Positions 11,930 to 25,554 of a stretch of 64,000 nt of DNA are shown here, one piece after another (position 1 is the first letter of the stretch; each line of letters starts with the position of its first letter). This DNA is from Podarcis tiliguerta (Eukaryota). Where the stretch lies: the NCBI GenBank assembly GCA_965153285.1, contig OZ229119.1; one strand, 5' to 3'. The position numbers and the translations under genes were made by a program. A model generated the notes under the pieces. That model was not told the DNA's origin and did no database searches. It worked only from the letters and a program-made list of their open reading frames with translations.

Positions 11930-12849
11930 TAACAATATCTCAGAACTACAAGGTATGCAACAAATGAAAACATACAATGCAAAAATCATTCCATCTATTT
12001 TTTATTCTTGTGCTCAACTCCTTTACTCTTCTGTTTAATATTATGGTTGCCTGGAGGTTACGTATTAAGACTATCTGTATTTGTTCATAAGTTTTGAAGC
12101 ACCAGATGGCTTCATTATCAGCTATTTTCAAGTTCATTATTGTATTATGCCAAAAAACTAATTGTGATTTCTCGTGTAATATGTGTTCTCTTCTGAACCA
12201 GATGGGTCACAGCATCCAATGGTTTGAATGAAAGAGCAAGCAAAATGAATTCTCACACAGAAGATTCATCCTTGGACTTGCTTCACTTCTAAGCACCAAT
12301 TTTATAATGGGTCACTATAATTCACAATAGCTTTTGATCTATTTTTCTGGTTGATAAGACCTTCAGATTTGCTCTTCATAATTTTCATGCTCCCCACTTG
12401 CCCATTGTAAGTGGTGACAACCCCTCACTGTCAACACTTTGTGACAAAGAAAAAAATATTTATTTGGTAATATTGTGTTATATAAGCTGCAACACTTAAC
12501 AAAATATTACGAAAAATAATATGAATGTGTGAATATTTCCCTTTCTTCACAGATGACTTACTTGTTATGTTAATGAAAAGCCTTCCATCTCTAAATGACA
12601 ATACTTAATTTACAATGGTCCCAGGAGAATTTCCAGGGTTGCCTACAGGCAACACAGCATCTTTGTATTTTTTAATTTATATATCACTTTGAGATACAGA
12701 GGCATCTCAAAGCAACTTGCAATAATAAAAATTACAAAATACAACATAAATTCATTCAAACAACACGAATGCAAAAAACCTAAATGTTCATCCAAAGAAA
12801 TAAGTAATCTAGAACAGCAGAAAATATCCACCCCTTCAACACAGAATGA

Positions 12850-13577
12850 ACACTCAACAGCCATCAAAGATGGAAAAGTTGGAACTAGGCAAGCTTTCCT
12901 AGGGAGAGAATTCCACAGTTGGAGGCAGGTTGCCAGACTCTGAATATCTCTTGGAAGGGGTAACCAGAAAAGGGCTGTGGCGATCACACAGGGTCCCCAG
13001 ACGTTTGACGGTCTATTGATCCCTGTGCCAGCACTGTGATTGCTTCTCCGCTGCCACCAACCCGTTTCTCTCGGGTACACACAGAGTCCAGACAGTTCTT
13101 AACATTAAATCAAATAAGCAAGTTTATTTTATAAGCCTTAACAAGTTTATGGTTTCAGATAATTTTTCTTGTCAGTTTCTTAATCTTAGTTTCTATAACG
13201 GCTTATACCTTTCCTAATAACTGCTAACTGATTATCCCAACTGTCTATCTGACTCCTCCTATCAGTTTCTCTCACTCTCTCACAACACAACTCGACCAAC
13301 CCACAGACTTATCCTCCCTCTTCCTTCTCCAACTCCCAACTCTCAACTGACTTCCCAACAACTCCAACTCTAACTCCTCCCCTCGGGTTCCCACTGGCCA
13401 GTCACTTCACTCTCATTTAACCCTTTCCTTATGACCCACCTAGGACGGCAAACGCCACAAGGGCCTTAGATTTTTATTTCAAAATCCGTAAAGGTGCATA
13501 CACGGAAAGGCAGTCTGTCAAGTACTGGGGTCCTAAGCTGTGCCAGGCTTAATAGGTCAAAGCCAGCGCTTTGAATT
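12850..13577 (-). mobile_element. Decayed L2 LINE 3' fragment interrupted by a solo LTR
   Basis: On the minus strand, a FKALALTY-like segment (13577-13550) and a QLWNSLP segment (~12.9 kb) resemble the L2 pieces at 37.1, 42.7 and 58.8 kb. Confidence 0.55.
12976..13459 (-). mobile_element. Solo LTR (484 bp)
   Basis: TGTGGCG...CGCCACA termini. Perfect 5-bp TSD AGGGC (12971-12975, 13460-13464). Minus-strand AATAAA near 13123. Confidence 0.9.
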
Positions 13578-15619
13578 TTATTCAATTGTTTAAATATTTA
13601 CTATCCATACTTTCACTACGTATATCTAGGTAGCTTCCAAAAGAAAAAATATAACAAAATTAGTCAATAAATACATTAAGAAGCCACTCGCAGCCATGTA
13701 CAATTCAGGGCTTACTACATAAGGAGGACGTATTTGCTTGTTGAAAACCAAGGTTGACATTGACCCTTTTATATTTTGTTGTATGCAGTTTGCTCAGTGC
13801 AAAGACTGCAGAACTGTAAAAGAAGATACAAGCTCACAGCTAACTATTAAAGGGTGTTTTTTGTATTTGAGCTGTTAAATGCATCTTTAAAACACTACCA
13901 TTAAGATTAGGTAATGGTCTCTCTGACAAGTAAAAATGTTTAAACAGCATAATCTTTGTATTGTCTCAGGAATAACGCACATCATAGGTATACTGCGATG
14001 TAACATGTGGGAAGAGGCATGTCAGATTGATTTAGAAAAGTGGGGGGAAACAAAAGCTGGAGAAATTCTCATATAAAACCTCAAACCCAGAGATACACAG
14101 GAGAGGCAAATCCTGTCTTTCAGCTATGTTCAGAGAGATGTGATGTATAAAATCAAAGCGCAAGTCATACAGATCAACAGAAAAATAGTGGCTTGCTAAT
14201 TTGACAGAAATTTCATGAAGTGGAAAAACCATCAAGTAAACCCACAGATAAGATTTTGAAACCTCTCCTCTTCTAGCCATTGGCTATGAGAAAAATAGCA
14301 TTTCATATGCAGACATGCCTTTTTCCTATGGGGAGTAGTGAGACAAAACAAGAGAATTGAGACTTGCCCATGTGACCTGCCAGGACTTCCAGCATTAGAC
14401 CTGTGAAGGGAGCCACCAATGGGCCCAATTAAGTTTGCAGGAAAAGCTGGAAGATCAAAAGAAAGACTAGAGGAAGCTCACCTGCTGCTGGTGCTGCTCG
14501 TGCACACCAAAGTGAGTAAGGATTTATAAACACCACACTGCTACATTTTGTTGCAGGTCCCACATGTTTTATAGTCTCAGTTACTTCTTTCCAGAAAAGA
14601 GATTTTTTGGGGACAGGCCCATCAAATATGATCATCATTTGCCTGCTCTTGCCCACTGCCAACATTTATCATCCTAAATTAAGTACATTTTTCTTGACTT
14701 AACTGAAGCATTCTACCACCAATACATCATTTTTATTGTGATTTCTCCATAAAAACGTGGAATATTTAATTTGAGGCATAAAAACCTAATTCCGCATACT
14801 CACTGCTTTGGTGCAGTTCATGTCTCTTTTCCAATCAAAATCAATTTTTTGTTTGACTGAAGGTTCTTTTGGGTGGGGCTGGGATGTATTTTTGCTTATG
14901 TGCCTCTGTAAATCAGCATGTACCTTGTTGGTGTTAAAATAAATATGATTTGTACAATCATTTTGTTTTTAAATCTATTCTTATCTGAACACACGCATAC
15001 ACATATAACTAATGTATCACAAGTTGCAGACTGAAGATGACAAAACAAATACGAACATCACAGTTATGTACTGCTGTAAATTATGTTCAGGATGGAGATC
15101 GCGTTCTTTTATCCTGCCTTCCTTTCCCCAAAGGAACACTTTAGAAGTAACACAGTATGTCTTCTAGAAGGTGAAAAAGTGAGGCACTGTTTTAAGCACC
15201 TGCTGCCAACTGCCTGAAAAGAGATGTAAGAAGTGTTTTTGGAAGAAACCCAGGTCTTATCATCTGAAGAAGGAAGTACCATAATAGTGTTCATTCAGAA
15301 AGAAGTAGCAAATTGATTTACTGAATGGAAAGAAAGAAATAGCTCAAAACTGATATCTGGAGGGGAGGAGGAATCTACCACAGCTGTGTGTATTTCATAA
15401 ACCAATGTGTGTTAACAATAAAATACCAACAAGTCTGGCCAAGACTAATATCTTCATAGAGATCTCTGGGCATCATAATCTCTAAGCAGTACTAAAGAAG
15501 GATGAAGGCTTAGTATTATAGATTTTTCTTCTGCTGGGGGATGTAGGTCCTGAATGTGTCACTAGTGTTCTTGTCTCTCGAGTGCCAGATACCTGACATC
15601 TTATGTATCCAAGACCTCT

Positions 15620-16210
15620 GTTTTTATTGAGCCTTTGTGTGTCCATATGCTAGGAGAAAATTGATGGCATAGGTGGTATTGGATGGGTGGCAATCATGGG
15701 CAAACAGGCAAGGGAACAGGCAAATGGATCAGGTGAAATGCAGACGAGATACAATTTAGTTATGAAAAGAGCACCAGCAAAAAGCTGAGCAGGAGTCCAA
15801 GCTCAACCTATGCAGAAGCTGTTGACCAGCATGTCAGTTGCCAAAGCCATGCTTCCTTTTATAGGGGTTGCTGGGAGGCTGGAGCAACCGAAAGCAGGAA
15901 GCAAGTGTCGTCCACTGAGTCCATTTTCCAAAGCAGGTTTGGGCAATTCCTCAGGCAATTTCCCCAGCTACTGCTTTTCTGGTCTTGATTGTGCCAATGG
16001 CATTGATGATGATTGACTTTTCCCCAGGCTTTGGCCAACGGTTTAGTAATCTGATTTCCACAGGATGAACCTGATCTGGCAGAGACGAATCTTTCTGACT
16101 TCAATCTGTTATCCGCATCGGCCAAATTAACAATATAGCCAGAGTAAAAACTCAGATGATCACCAGCTGTTAGTTGAGGATGGTGGCAGCAGCAGCAGGG
16201 GGCACACACC
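15620..16210 (-). promoter_or_regulatory. Candidate TATA promoter / short transcription unit
   Basis: Minus-strand TATAAAAG at 15856-15863. Upstream are TGGAAA and GGGGAAATTGCC motifs and a CAGCTG E-box. Minus-strand AATAAA at 15623-15628. Confidence 0.3.
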
Positions 16211-18696
16211 TAACTTTGCAAATATTAATATAGCAGAGTGGAAAATGGAAAGGGAAAAATATCAGCAAAAGAGCTTTCCTCCATGCAACAAAACAAAAAA
16301 ATGTTCCCTGTTCCCTCCCGAGGCATTTGGCTGAAAAGACACAGGTTGTCCACATTCTCAGCAGGATAGTTCTTTCATCATTCTACAAATACATGAAAAC
16401 ATTTCCTGCCTATTTAATTGGACTTCAAACATAAGACAATACAAAAGTGACAAGATGTTGGAACTGGCATGTTCTGTAACCTAATACTATTCCTATAGTG
16501 TATAACATTGGTGCTGGCACTTCAGGAATATTCCCAGCACTTGCAATTATGATTTGTCTTTTGTGCCAGGAATGTCCTTTAGAATGGGTAAATGCACCAG
16601 TGCTATTAGCCTACAAAGGTTGATATTAGTAATTTCTGTAGAACACTACCAACCCAGAAATAGTGACCGAATGTTCAAAATTGCACACAGCACTGCTGAT
16701 AATGAATGATACACCTAACTCTCAAATTTTTTAAAAAAACTTTGAAGATATCAAAAACTTTGAAATTGCTTTGGGCTGTCTGTTTTATGCCAAGCCAAAA
16801 TGAGTATTTAGCAGTGAAAATGCTTAGGTGTTTGCTACTTTGTTCTGTTTTTGGCATCAAAAATTGAGCTAGTTTTCCTTTTAAGTTCTGTCTGAAACAA
16901 AGTTGAGCAAAAATTTCTCAGAATACCTTTTCTTCCAAGAAAACCTAACATTTTTCATTGTCTCATCCTCCCTCTTGAGGACTAAAAACACGTTGCAGAA
17001 ATTTCTCTGAGTATGCGCACCATTATTATTATTATTATTTGCAGCAGCCATTTTCACCTCTCATCACCCTAAAATATCCCATAGCAGCACTACAACTGGG
17101 ACATTGTGAAGGATACAAAATGGTGGTCTGGATGCCAATACAGTTGTTGCTGTTGCCACTTGCAGTGAAAGAAAGAAAGAAAAATACCTGGAAGGGGCTG
17201 GAGAATTTCTCTTCCCTCTGGATAAATTAATTGAAATGCTTTCCCCAATTTCTTGGCCTACAAATAAGATCTAACTGAGATTCTGGCATTGCTCTATGAT
17301 TCTATGAAATTAGTGCGAGACAGCATTCCAGCTGTGTACCTGTAAGTCTAACTAAAGAACAGACAACCAAATCTATGGCATTCCTTTTCACCACTTGCAT
17401 ATACAGACATGCTTTGCATAAATCCCTATTATTTATACATAAAGGTTTATAATAATTAAAAATTAAAAATATTATGTGTTCAGTGTTCCCCTGGTTTGTC
17501 TTAATGATGGCGCCATAACCTTTCTTATGGAACATTTTCTGAAATGACTTTTTAAATTTGAATTTTGGTTTTTGGAGCATGTAAATAGCCCATTTTGCCC
17601 TCAATACTTTGTGACAAATTTATAGCAGCTACTTGCTAGTAATTCCCTCCCCCCCAGGTTTTTGGTAATAAGATATGAGGTGGCTCTTAGTGCACCTATT
17701 AATCTCCTGCAGCCTTTTTCCTTTGCTCTGTTTTATTTGACATGTTGTATTATTTACTACCAGCATCCTATTGATATTTACTTTAATCATGTTTATTCCT
17801 CTATATTACTTTTTCGCAGGAAAGAGCTAGGGTGGCCATGCCTTGGGGTAACAGTGGCAATGTTTGAAGAGAATATATTATCTGTTCTTCACTGCTGTTC
17901 ATGCACTGACTTATACATTGGGGGGAAAGCTGAGTGCATGAATCACAACAAACAGTCTCTTCAGAAAACCTGGGAAGTTTCTCCCTCCCCCCCCCCCTTC
18001 AATTTTTATGCTGCTTGGATCCATTGTGATTATTTGACATGAGTCCTGTTATTTAGCTGTGACTGGCCACAACGTATTACTTTAGTTCATTGGCTGGAAC
18101 AAGCAAGCAATCATAAGTCATTGCTCAGTATCTAGGGCCTGTCACAATTCACAGCAAGAGAAGCATCTGTCTTGTACAAAATTTGGATTCCCGCCCACCT
18201 TCTGAGTCACAAAGGCCTTTGATGAAGACAACCTTGTGCATGCTTGCTACATAAATTTGGATAGAATGTGGCATCTGAAGGTTTTCTATACTGTAATGAT
18301 AGGACCACAGAAGATAAAGAAGGATGTAGCTTATGTAATATTGATGGACACCAGATAGCATGTGGGAAACATGTGAATACATCCAAACCCTGCTCAGGCC
18401 TGATTCACTCTCAGAACCTATTGCAGAACCCTCTACTTTTGGTGCCACACATGAAAATGCCCTCAATCATACACACTGAATGTTAAGTATTGCGTTTAAA
18501 AAAGGTAAAAGTGTGTGTGTCTCTGTGTGGAAATAAGTCTCTGCTCTGCAAAAAACCAAATAAAAACTGACCTGTCAAACTTGAGGATCATCTGCTGAAA
18601 TTGCACTCCTACCCACGTTGCCTGTGTTGCGTTTAAACATATTACAGAGTGCCTAAATGTACATTTCTGAAGTTTAAATCAATATTCCGACAGCCC

Positions 18697-19151
18697 TGTG
18701 GTGGGAATCCTATTTGAAATAGTGTGAATTGGGTGTAAATCCACTCATCTGAGCCAGCAGGCTTCACTTGGGTATTTAAAGGGGCTGCCTGTTCCTCTGC
18801 ACACAGTTCCTTGACTCTTTAGGCATTGGGTAAGCCTCAGTCTTGGTTGGAGGGAAACTTGCCTGCCCCTCCAAGGGTAAGGGGTCCCATTTAAGGAATC
18901 CAGGAAGAGATGCTTCTGTCCAGATGCCCAGGCAGGGGTTGTGGCCCCAGCACTCCTCAAGGCAGTATTCCATCAGGGATGTTTCTATTTCATTTAAGTC
19001 ATACCCTCCTCACCTCAAGGTTGACTGCAAAAGAATTACTTCCAGTAAGCGGGCTGGATGCTAATGGTTATACTCAATGCCTATGCCAAACCTCTTACAT
19101 CTATAATCGATATAGTTGTGGAAACTCAGGGGGATGCAACACCTGGGCACA
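18697..19151 (+). mobile_element. Old LTR-like element, copy B (most complete)
   Basis: Starts TGTGG and ends CACA. TATTTAAA at 18773-18780. Family core TGCTTCTGTCCAGATGCC at 18911-18928. PolyA signal is degenerate and no TSD is visible. Confidence 0.55.
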
Positions 19152-20018
19152 TAAGGCTCAGCAGAGACCATAGAAAACATTCAGTTCTTTTTATTCTTGT
19201 GGCTATGGGATATTTTGCCTTCTCATGTGAGTCCATAGATGTAGGACACATACACAAGGCAAAACGTGGGGCTCTCTTTCATTCCCTTAGAAGCAACAAG
19301 GTGTAGTCTCTTTAATAGTCTCACCACCAGGAACCTGTCCATACCATGGATGAAAACTCCTGTCCTCTCATCTGGCCAGCCTTCCTTTTCACTGCATGTT
19401 GAACGGCCATTTTAAGGGGAGAGAAACACTGAATGACTGCATTGCTGAGTGAATATTGCTATTATTAATTTAACTTTCTACTATTGCTCTTTGAATAATT
19501 TATCCAGTTACCCTTTTAATGATAGGTTTTCAGCAACTCCACACCTGCAAAAGTGGTTAATTCAGCAAACTATGATAATAATCTATTCCAATTAAAGTAT
19601 GAATGTTCATTGAATAATTTATGTTACACTGTTAGTTGCTCAGTGTTTCACTGTCTTGTCTTCCGAGTCCCAGTGTCGTTAGCTTCTGCAAGGAGAGATG
19701 CCCGTGAACTTCTGTATTTAATGTGCCAATTTGTATGTACAAAGTTAAAGCTCTTGTTCATCCATTGCAAGAAGATGCATCTTGAAAACAGCTTTGACAA
19801 TTGGGAGTATACTGGGCCGTCATTGTTTAGAATGGCGCGCACTGACAACAGTATGTCATAACAACACTTTTTCCTGTTTCAGTGCACAGCCATTAAAAGT
19901 TGCTTAAGTTATCGCACATCAAAGGTTAGCTGCGTTGCAGCCTGGGCACATGGCAAAATGATCACACGTCTGCTTCACCATGTGCAAAACTATGCACAGA
20001 TCAACCTACATTCTCAAT

Positions 20019-20290
20019 GGGTTGCATCCAGTGGTGGCATGGAGTTCATGGAAGGTTATTTGATCCAAGTAGAGGCTTCCATAAATGGAAGCAGGGGTGA
20101 CATCCCTTCCCCCCCGCCAGTTCTCTCTTCATGATTCCTTGCTACTTCCCATGCTATTCCGGAACACTTCCCAACTTTCCAGAGCAGATTGTCAAAAAAC
20201 CACCTTTCGCCTGTTCATGGAAGGGACCACTGGGTCTAGTAACAACTGCCAATGAGAGATCCCTTTCACGGGCAGTTTCGTATACAACCC
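20019..20290. mobile_element. Degenerate DNA-transposon MITE (PIF/Harbinger-like)
   Basis: Termini GGGTTGCAT...ATACAACCC, flanked by AAT/AGT. Confidence 0.4.
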
Positions 20291-22330
20291 AGTGCACTTA
20301 GCTGGCCATGTGAATTGTCTTGAGAATTATGTATACTATCCAGTTGTAATAAGTTATGTGTTTGCAACTGAATCCCTACATTATGTTGCTGGTATGCAGG
20401 CCATAGTTAACTCACAAGGCATCTTTTAAAAAAATAAAAATGAATTAGATCACATTTTTCATTCTCCAGGCATGCATGAGTGAGATCATTTTAATATTTT
20501 GGTGCAAATTCAAAGGCAAGCGTTTGCATGCTTGCAGTCTCCTCCTGTTGATATGATATAAGGAATTCACTCATGGAATATTCACGGCGCTACACTAAGT
20601 CAATCACAGAAAACAGAAATAGAAATGTAAAAAGAAAGATATGAAGTTAAGCAGATTTGGAGAAGAGTGCGTTGTTTTAGGAAAGCAGGTTTTGGCAATA
20701 AAACATGGTTTTTATTGTCTATACCGTGGCATATATGCATCATGGAAAAGACTACCTCAGAAGCACTGGAGATGTGTGATATTCTAACAGTCATCTATGT
20801 GACTCAGTTGCAATTTGGCCTGGTAAGCGACAGTTTATATGTGTACCTATGTGGTTATTTGGGCAAGTTTGGCAGACCCAATCCAGCTCTGCCCGTTCAT
20901 CAAATATATTATACCACTTTAGCTACTGTGTACACCTTATTAAGTGTATTACAGCAGCCAACATGGATTAATAGAATAAAAAAGTTAAACAAATAAAATT
21001 TAGTATCACTTGCCTTGGTTGTAGAATAACAAAGAGGTAATATCTCCCTCAGGCCTCCTGTTGTACATCTTCTTGGCAATTTCCCTGTGGAAGAGCATGC
21101 TACCACTTATTGTTGGTTGTTTTGTTAGCTTCTTAGAAACAGAAGCAAATAATGTTGCCACCTGGATAATCCTTCCTTGTGGAAACAGAGATGAGCAGCT
21201 TGATGTCAATCATTTGACAAATGTATTTCACTCTGTGAGCAATGTTTTTATTTTATTCATTTATTCACTTATTTCAAGGCTTATATTTCACCGCAATTGA
21301 GCCTTTGAGGCAGCTTAAACTACATTCTAAGCAACATCTGGGATGGGGGGGGAGACAACACAGAGTTTTCTATCAAACCAATGCAAGACTATGAAAGCAG
21401 TTTTATTGTAAACTTCTGAGGGTTTAATAGAAGAGTTCACCAAGGTCAACTCCTCTTCCCTGAAGAATTCCAAGTTGATTGAACATAACTGGTTCTATCA
21501 TGTATTGTTCCAAACTTAGAGATACCTCATAATTAACCTTTTTTCTTTTCTTAGAAACTGTCATTTATTCAAACACCCCCCCCCCCTTAAGCTGTTACTA
21601 AGAGAATTTAGGTTTCACATCTTCTGTAACCTTTGGTTACTCAGTTTTAGTTAACGGTCTTTCATGAGATACTGTTTGAAAAGGCTTTGTGAAAATTTGA
21701 AGGCTTGACAATATTGGCCCAGTTCCTGATTCCAGCATTCTTTTCAAAGGATTTCAACGGACGAGGTGTAATTTGCTCTTTTAGGAGCCATGCTAAATAT
21801 CCCCATGTCATGTTGTTCTCACTTGCTGTGCTTTCCAATTTTCTTTTTAATTATTTTCTTAATTGTACTGGTATTAAAGGTAAAATTTGCCAGTCTGTAA
21901 TTGAGAGTCACCTAAAGCACTCTAGAAAAAGAATGGTCCTATCGCCACACACAGAGATAGGGTGAATTACATTTAGGCCAAGAAATTAAAGGAGCAACAG
22001 TTGAAGAAGACGTTCACACTGCGCTCATTAAGGAAAGGAGCTCGTTGTCACCAGACCCAAAGGGAGAACAAGAGACAATAAATACATTTAAATAGGTCAC
22101 AGCTTTCTTCCTTTAAAAAAAAAAAATGGTTTGCAAAGGGACATATTAACTAATCAACCTAGCTTGGCTCTACATAGGGTATATGCTACTTTCTGTCGAA
22201 GTGCTATTTGAGATATTATAATATCCACAGTTGCAAGCAAAAAGACCTTCTCAATGCAGACAACCCATGTGCAGGGAATACCCTTCTCTTTTCCATCCAT
22301 GACTGCAGGCAAAGAAATCAGCTCAGTTTC

Positions 22331-22367
<37 letters not shown>
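22331..22367. repeat. (TAT)n microsatellite
   Basis: Directly visible; probably the tail of a minus-strand retroposon. Confidence 0.9.
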
Positions 22368-22582
22368 TTAAAGAGCTATGTTATCGTACGTCCTGGGTCC
22401 CACGGAAGCGTACAAGATAAACCTCAGGATTGCAGTCTAAAAGATATGACACACAATGAAAAAGGGATGGGGAGAGAAGAAATAAAAAGCAAGTTCAGAC
22501 ACCGGTTTTTATAACAATCAGCTGGGATGGAAGCAGTTCAGCTTGTCTGACAGAATGGCTGGTGCACGGCGATAATGAGGAC

Positions 22583-23199
22583 TGGCCCAGGTTCACCCAG
22601 TGAGATCCATGGCTGAGTGGGATTTGAACCATTGTCTCCCAGGTCCCAGTCCAACATTCTTTTTTAAAAATATATATATTAAATTATTAATAAGTTTTTA
22701 TTGTTAAAATAGTTCATCATTAATACACATATACAAGCATACAAACATACATTTCATACAATCTTTAAAAGTGTCCAAGCATACTTACACTCAATCCCAC
22801 AAATAATTCCTTTTCCCATCACCATACACCACCCCTCACCCCACCTTTGTGTTTGACTTCCAATCTACTCAATTACAATTTCTTTCCACTTCTATTACTT
22901 TCTTTCACACGCCTTTAGCCTAATTTCATACTTCTTTTTCTATTACACATTGTTATACATCTTATTTAGTATTTCAGTATTTGAAACGGAACTTGTTTAT
23001 TCTAATAGGAGTTCTGATTTTTCGATATGATTTTGCAAGTATCTTTTAAACACCTTCCAGTCCCTAACTATCTTCTCTTTTGAGATCCTTCCAATTTCTA
23101 CCATTATTTTGGATATATTTTAGTACTCCAATAACTTCGCAAGCCACTCTATTTTTGTCGGTCCCAGTCCAACATTGTAACCACTACATAACACTGGCT
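22583..23199 (-). mobile_element. tRNA-derived SINE split by an L1 insertion
   Basis: The B-box side (GATTTGAACC, 22621) and A-box side (TAACCACTAC, ~23180) join into one SINE head when 22659-23176 is removed. Confidence 0.7.
22659..23159 (-). mobile_element. 5'-truncated L1-type LINE
   Basis: 17-bp TSD GGTCCCAGTCCAACATT (22642-22658, 23160-23176). A-rich tail with AATAAA on the minus strand. Translates PTKIEWLAKLLEY*...RDWKVFKRYL (ORF2 C-terminus). Confidence 0.85.
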
Positions 23200-23456
23200 G
23201 TGCAACTTGATAACACAATTTTTTGCAGAGCAATTTTCCCCTAAACTAAATCATTTTTGAGTACATTTTGATGCACCCCTTATTCTAGTGTCTGCATTTT
23301 TGTATACATTACCTGACACTGCAAAATTCTGAGAAGTGTGAATTTTGAAGGATGGTTGCAATGTTTTGGAAAGAGCAAATCAGATAGGTTCACCTTCAAA
23401 CAAACTGACTTAAACATCTCCCCCATTTTTTACTGTTCAGTTAACACATGACATAC

Positions 23457-23704
23457 NNNNNNNNNNNNNNNNNNNNNNNNNNNNNNNNNNNNNNNNNNNN
23501 NNNNNNNNNNNNNNNNNNNNNNNNNNNNNNNNNNNNNNNNNNNNNNNNNNNNNNNNNNNNNNNNNNNNNNNNNNNNNNNNNNNNNNNNNNNNNNNNNNNN
23601 NNNNNNNNNNNNNNNNNNNNNNNNNNNNNNNNNNNNNNNNNNNNNNNNNNNNNNNNNNNNNNNNNNNNNNNNNNNNNNNNNNNNNNNNNNNNNNNNNNNN
23701 NNNN
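23457..23704. other. Assembly gap (248 N)
   Basis: Run of N. Confidence 1.
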
Positions 23705-23997
23705 TGTACATACAAATACATGCAAGTAGGTCCTTTTCAGTGAAATGCCGGTTCTACACATCCAATTTGAACCTCTTCCCTTCTATAATTGCTAAAGAAA
23801 AATCTCTTCCTTCAACCCCTGCACGTGATTTCACATGAGAAGTGAGTACAAACTAAGTAATTATTTTCCATTCTTAGATTTTGGCCTTCAAGCTAAAAGG
23901 CATACTTTATACATGTTATGTATTTGAAATTTTAGTGAACATTTAATGAAAATAGAAAGCTACCTTATGCTGATTTAGACCACTGGCACATATATAA

Positions 23998-24136
23998 CTG
24001 TCCCTCTCCCAACCTCATTTCCTCCAGTTGTTTTGGGTTACAACTCCCACCATCCCAGATCATTGGCTATGCTGAGTGGGGCTGATGGGAACTGTGGTCC
24101 AAAAACATCTGAAAGGTGCCATGTTGGAAAAGGCTG
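23998..24136. mobile_element. Degenerate palindromic hAT MITE (family of 10019/60732)
   Basis: TACAACTCCCACCATCCC...GGGGCTGATGGGAACTGTGG fold-back. Similar remnants at ~34390-34465, 38115-38246 and 44533-44590. Confidence 0.65.
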
Positions 24137-24221
24137 ATCCAACCCCCTACTGCCTCTCAACAGCAGATTGAATAGCTGAATAAGGTTTTGTAACAGAGAT
24201 AGAAAGTCAGATCAGTGGGAT

Positions 24222-24249
24222 ACACACACACACACACACACACACACAC
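24222..24249. repeat. (CA)n microsatellite
   Basis: Directly visible. Others at ~7645-7675, 34847-34867 and 59479-59496. Confidence 0.95.
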
Positions 24250-25302
24250 TTAGGCATCAGTCATTATTTGATTATGGGCACCCAGGGCATGTCTCTATTA
24301 CTAAGGCTGAGTTCACAATTAGAACAACGCTACTCCCTGCAATATGTGCTTGTTTGTGTTTAATTTTTCTCGGGTTTCACTCTCCTTAAATTTATGTATT
24401 AGCCTTCATTTCCCAGTTGTCTGCAACAGAGGTTGCACAGATTTATTGTGGATTAATTGAAACTGGAAAGACTCTCTTATATAATTCAGGGCAAGGAAAG
24501 CCGATACAGAGACAGGATAAGGCAAATGTTTTGCTTTTTAAAAAATGACAAGATAAGCAAAGTTATTCCTTCTTGAGCAGAAAATATTGGTATATTGATT
24601 AATCTCATATTCAAGATCTACAAGGTCTTAAGGTCAATAATAATTCCATGCTCTCATCTAACTGCTGCAGCATAATTCAAATCGTTTTAGTTATCTTCAG
24701 CTTTGCTTATGAACACCAGTTAAAAAGGGCCGCTGGGATTTAATTAAATCAATAGAGTATCATCACTATCCTCATGCTTAATATTTGTTATACTGTCTGT
24801 CTCTAGATATAGCACATATTTCAAGCAAACTCAAAGAAAAGTCCTTAATGAGAGTTTCATATTTATTTCTTTGGATTAAACTGTTTCATTAACAAGCATA
24901 GCTGATAATGTAGCACTGTCAGTTTTCCTGAATAATGAAACAGCTTATCTGCAGGAATAAATGTAAGATCCTCTTAATGACAATACTTTGACTTTTTGCA
25001 CTTTTTCTTTTCACCTAATTGAGATGGACAGCTTCAGATTCAGACTATTGCCACAAGGAGTTGAAACATACACTTATTTCTTTACTACTGACTGTTCCCC
25101 CTTCATATTTCATGCAAAAAGCATTCATGGGATGGTTATCATTACGGAAGCTGTAATATTCACTGGCTCTTTCTTTCTCTGCTTCTGTTTCAAACATAAT
25201 ATGTGATATGTGCAGTCTGTTTACATAGAAGCGTGCTTCAAGATGGCTGTTTACTGTGGGACCAGTGCTTCTTTGTAGCATCCACACAAAATTGTCAGCA
25301 TC

Positions 25303-25386
25303 AACATAGGAACATAAGAAGAGCCTGCTGGCTTAGGCCAGTGGCAGATCTAGTCCAGAATCCTGTTCTCACAGTGGCCACCAGAG
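25303..25386 (-). mobile_element. Old CR1-type 3' tail fragment
   Basis: Reverse complement ends CAGCAGGCTCTTCTTATGTTCCTATG, matching the tails at ~34.76 and 61.9 kb. Confidence 0.55.
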
Positions 25387-25554
25387 GTGCTGAGTTGTGC
25401 CCAACATGGGGGAACATTGCACATGCATGATGTCACACACGCATGGCACTGGCACACTGAACTCCTCAAAGGGTTGCACCCGAGTGATTACTGTATCCTG
25501 CACACAATTACTCATACATGCGTTCAACTGAAATAAGTTAAAATGCCATATTTA

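Noticed and set aside
14441-14517. Possible + strand exon (CAG|...|GTGAGT)
   Set aside because: No polypyrimidine tract, no recognisable translation and no partner exons.
23430-23761. ORFs full of X
   Set aside because: Artefacts of the N gap.
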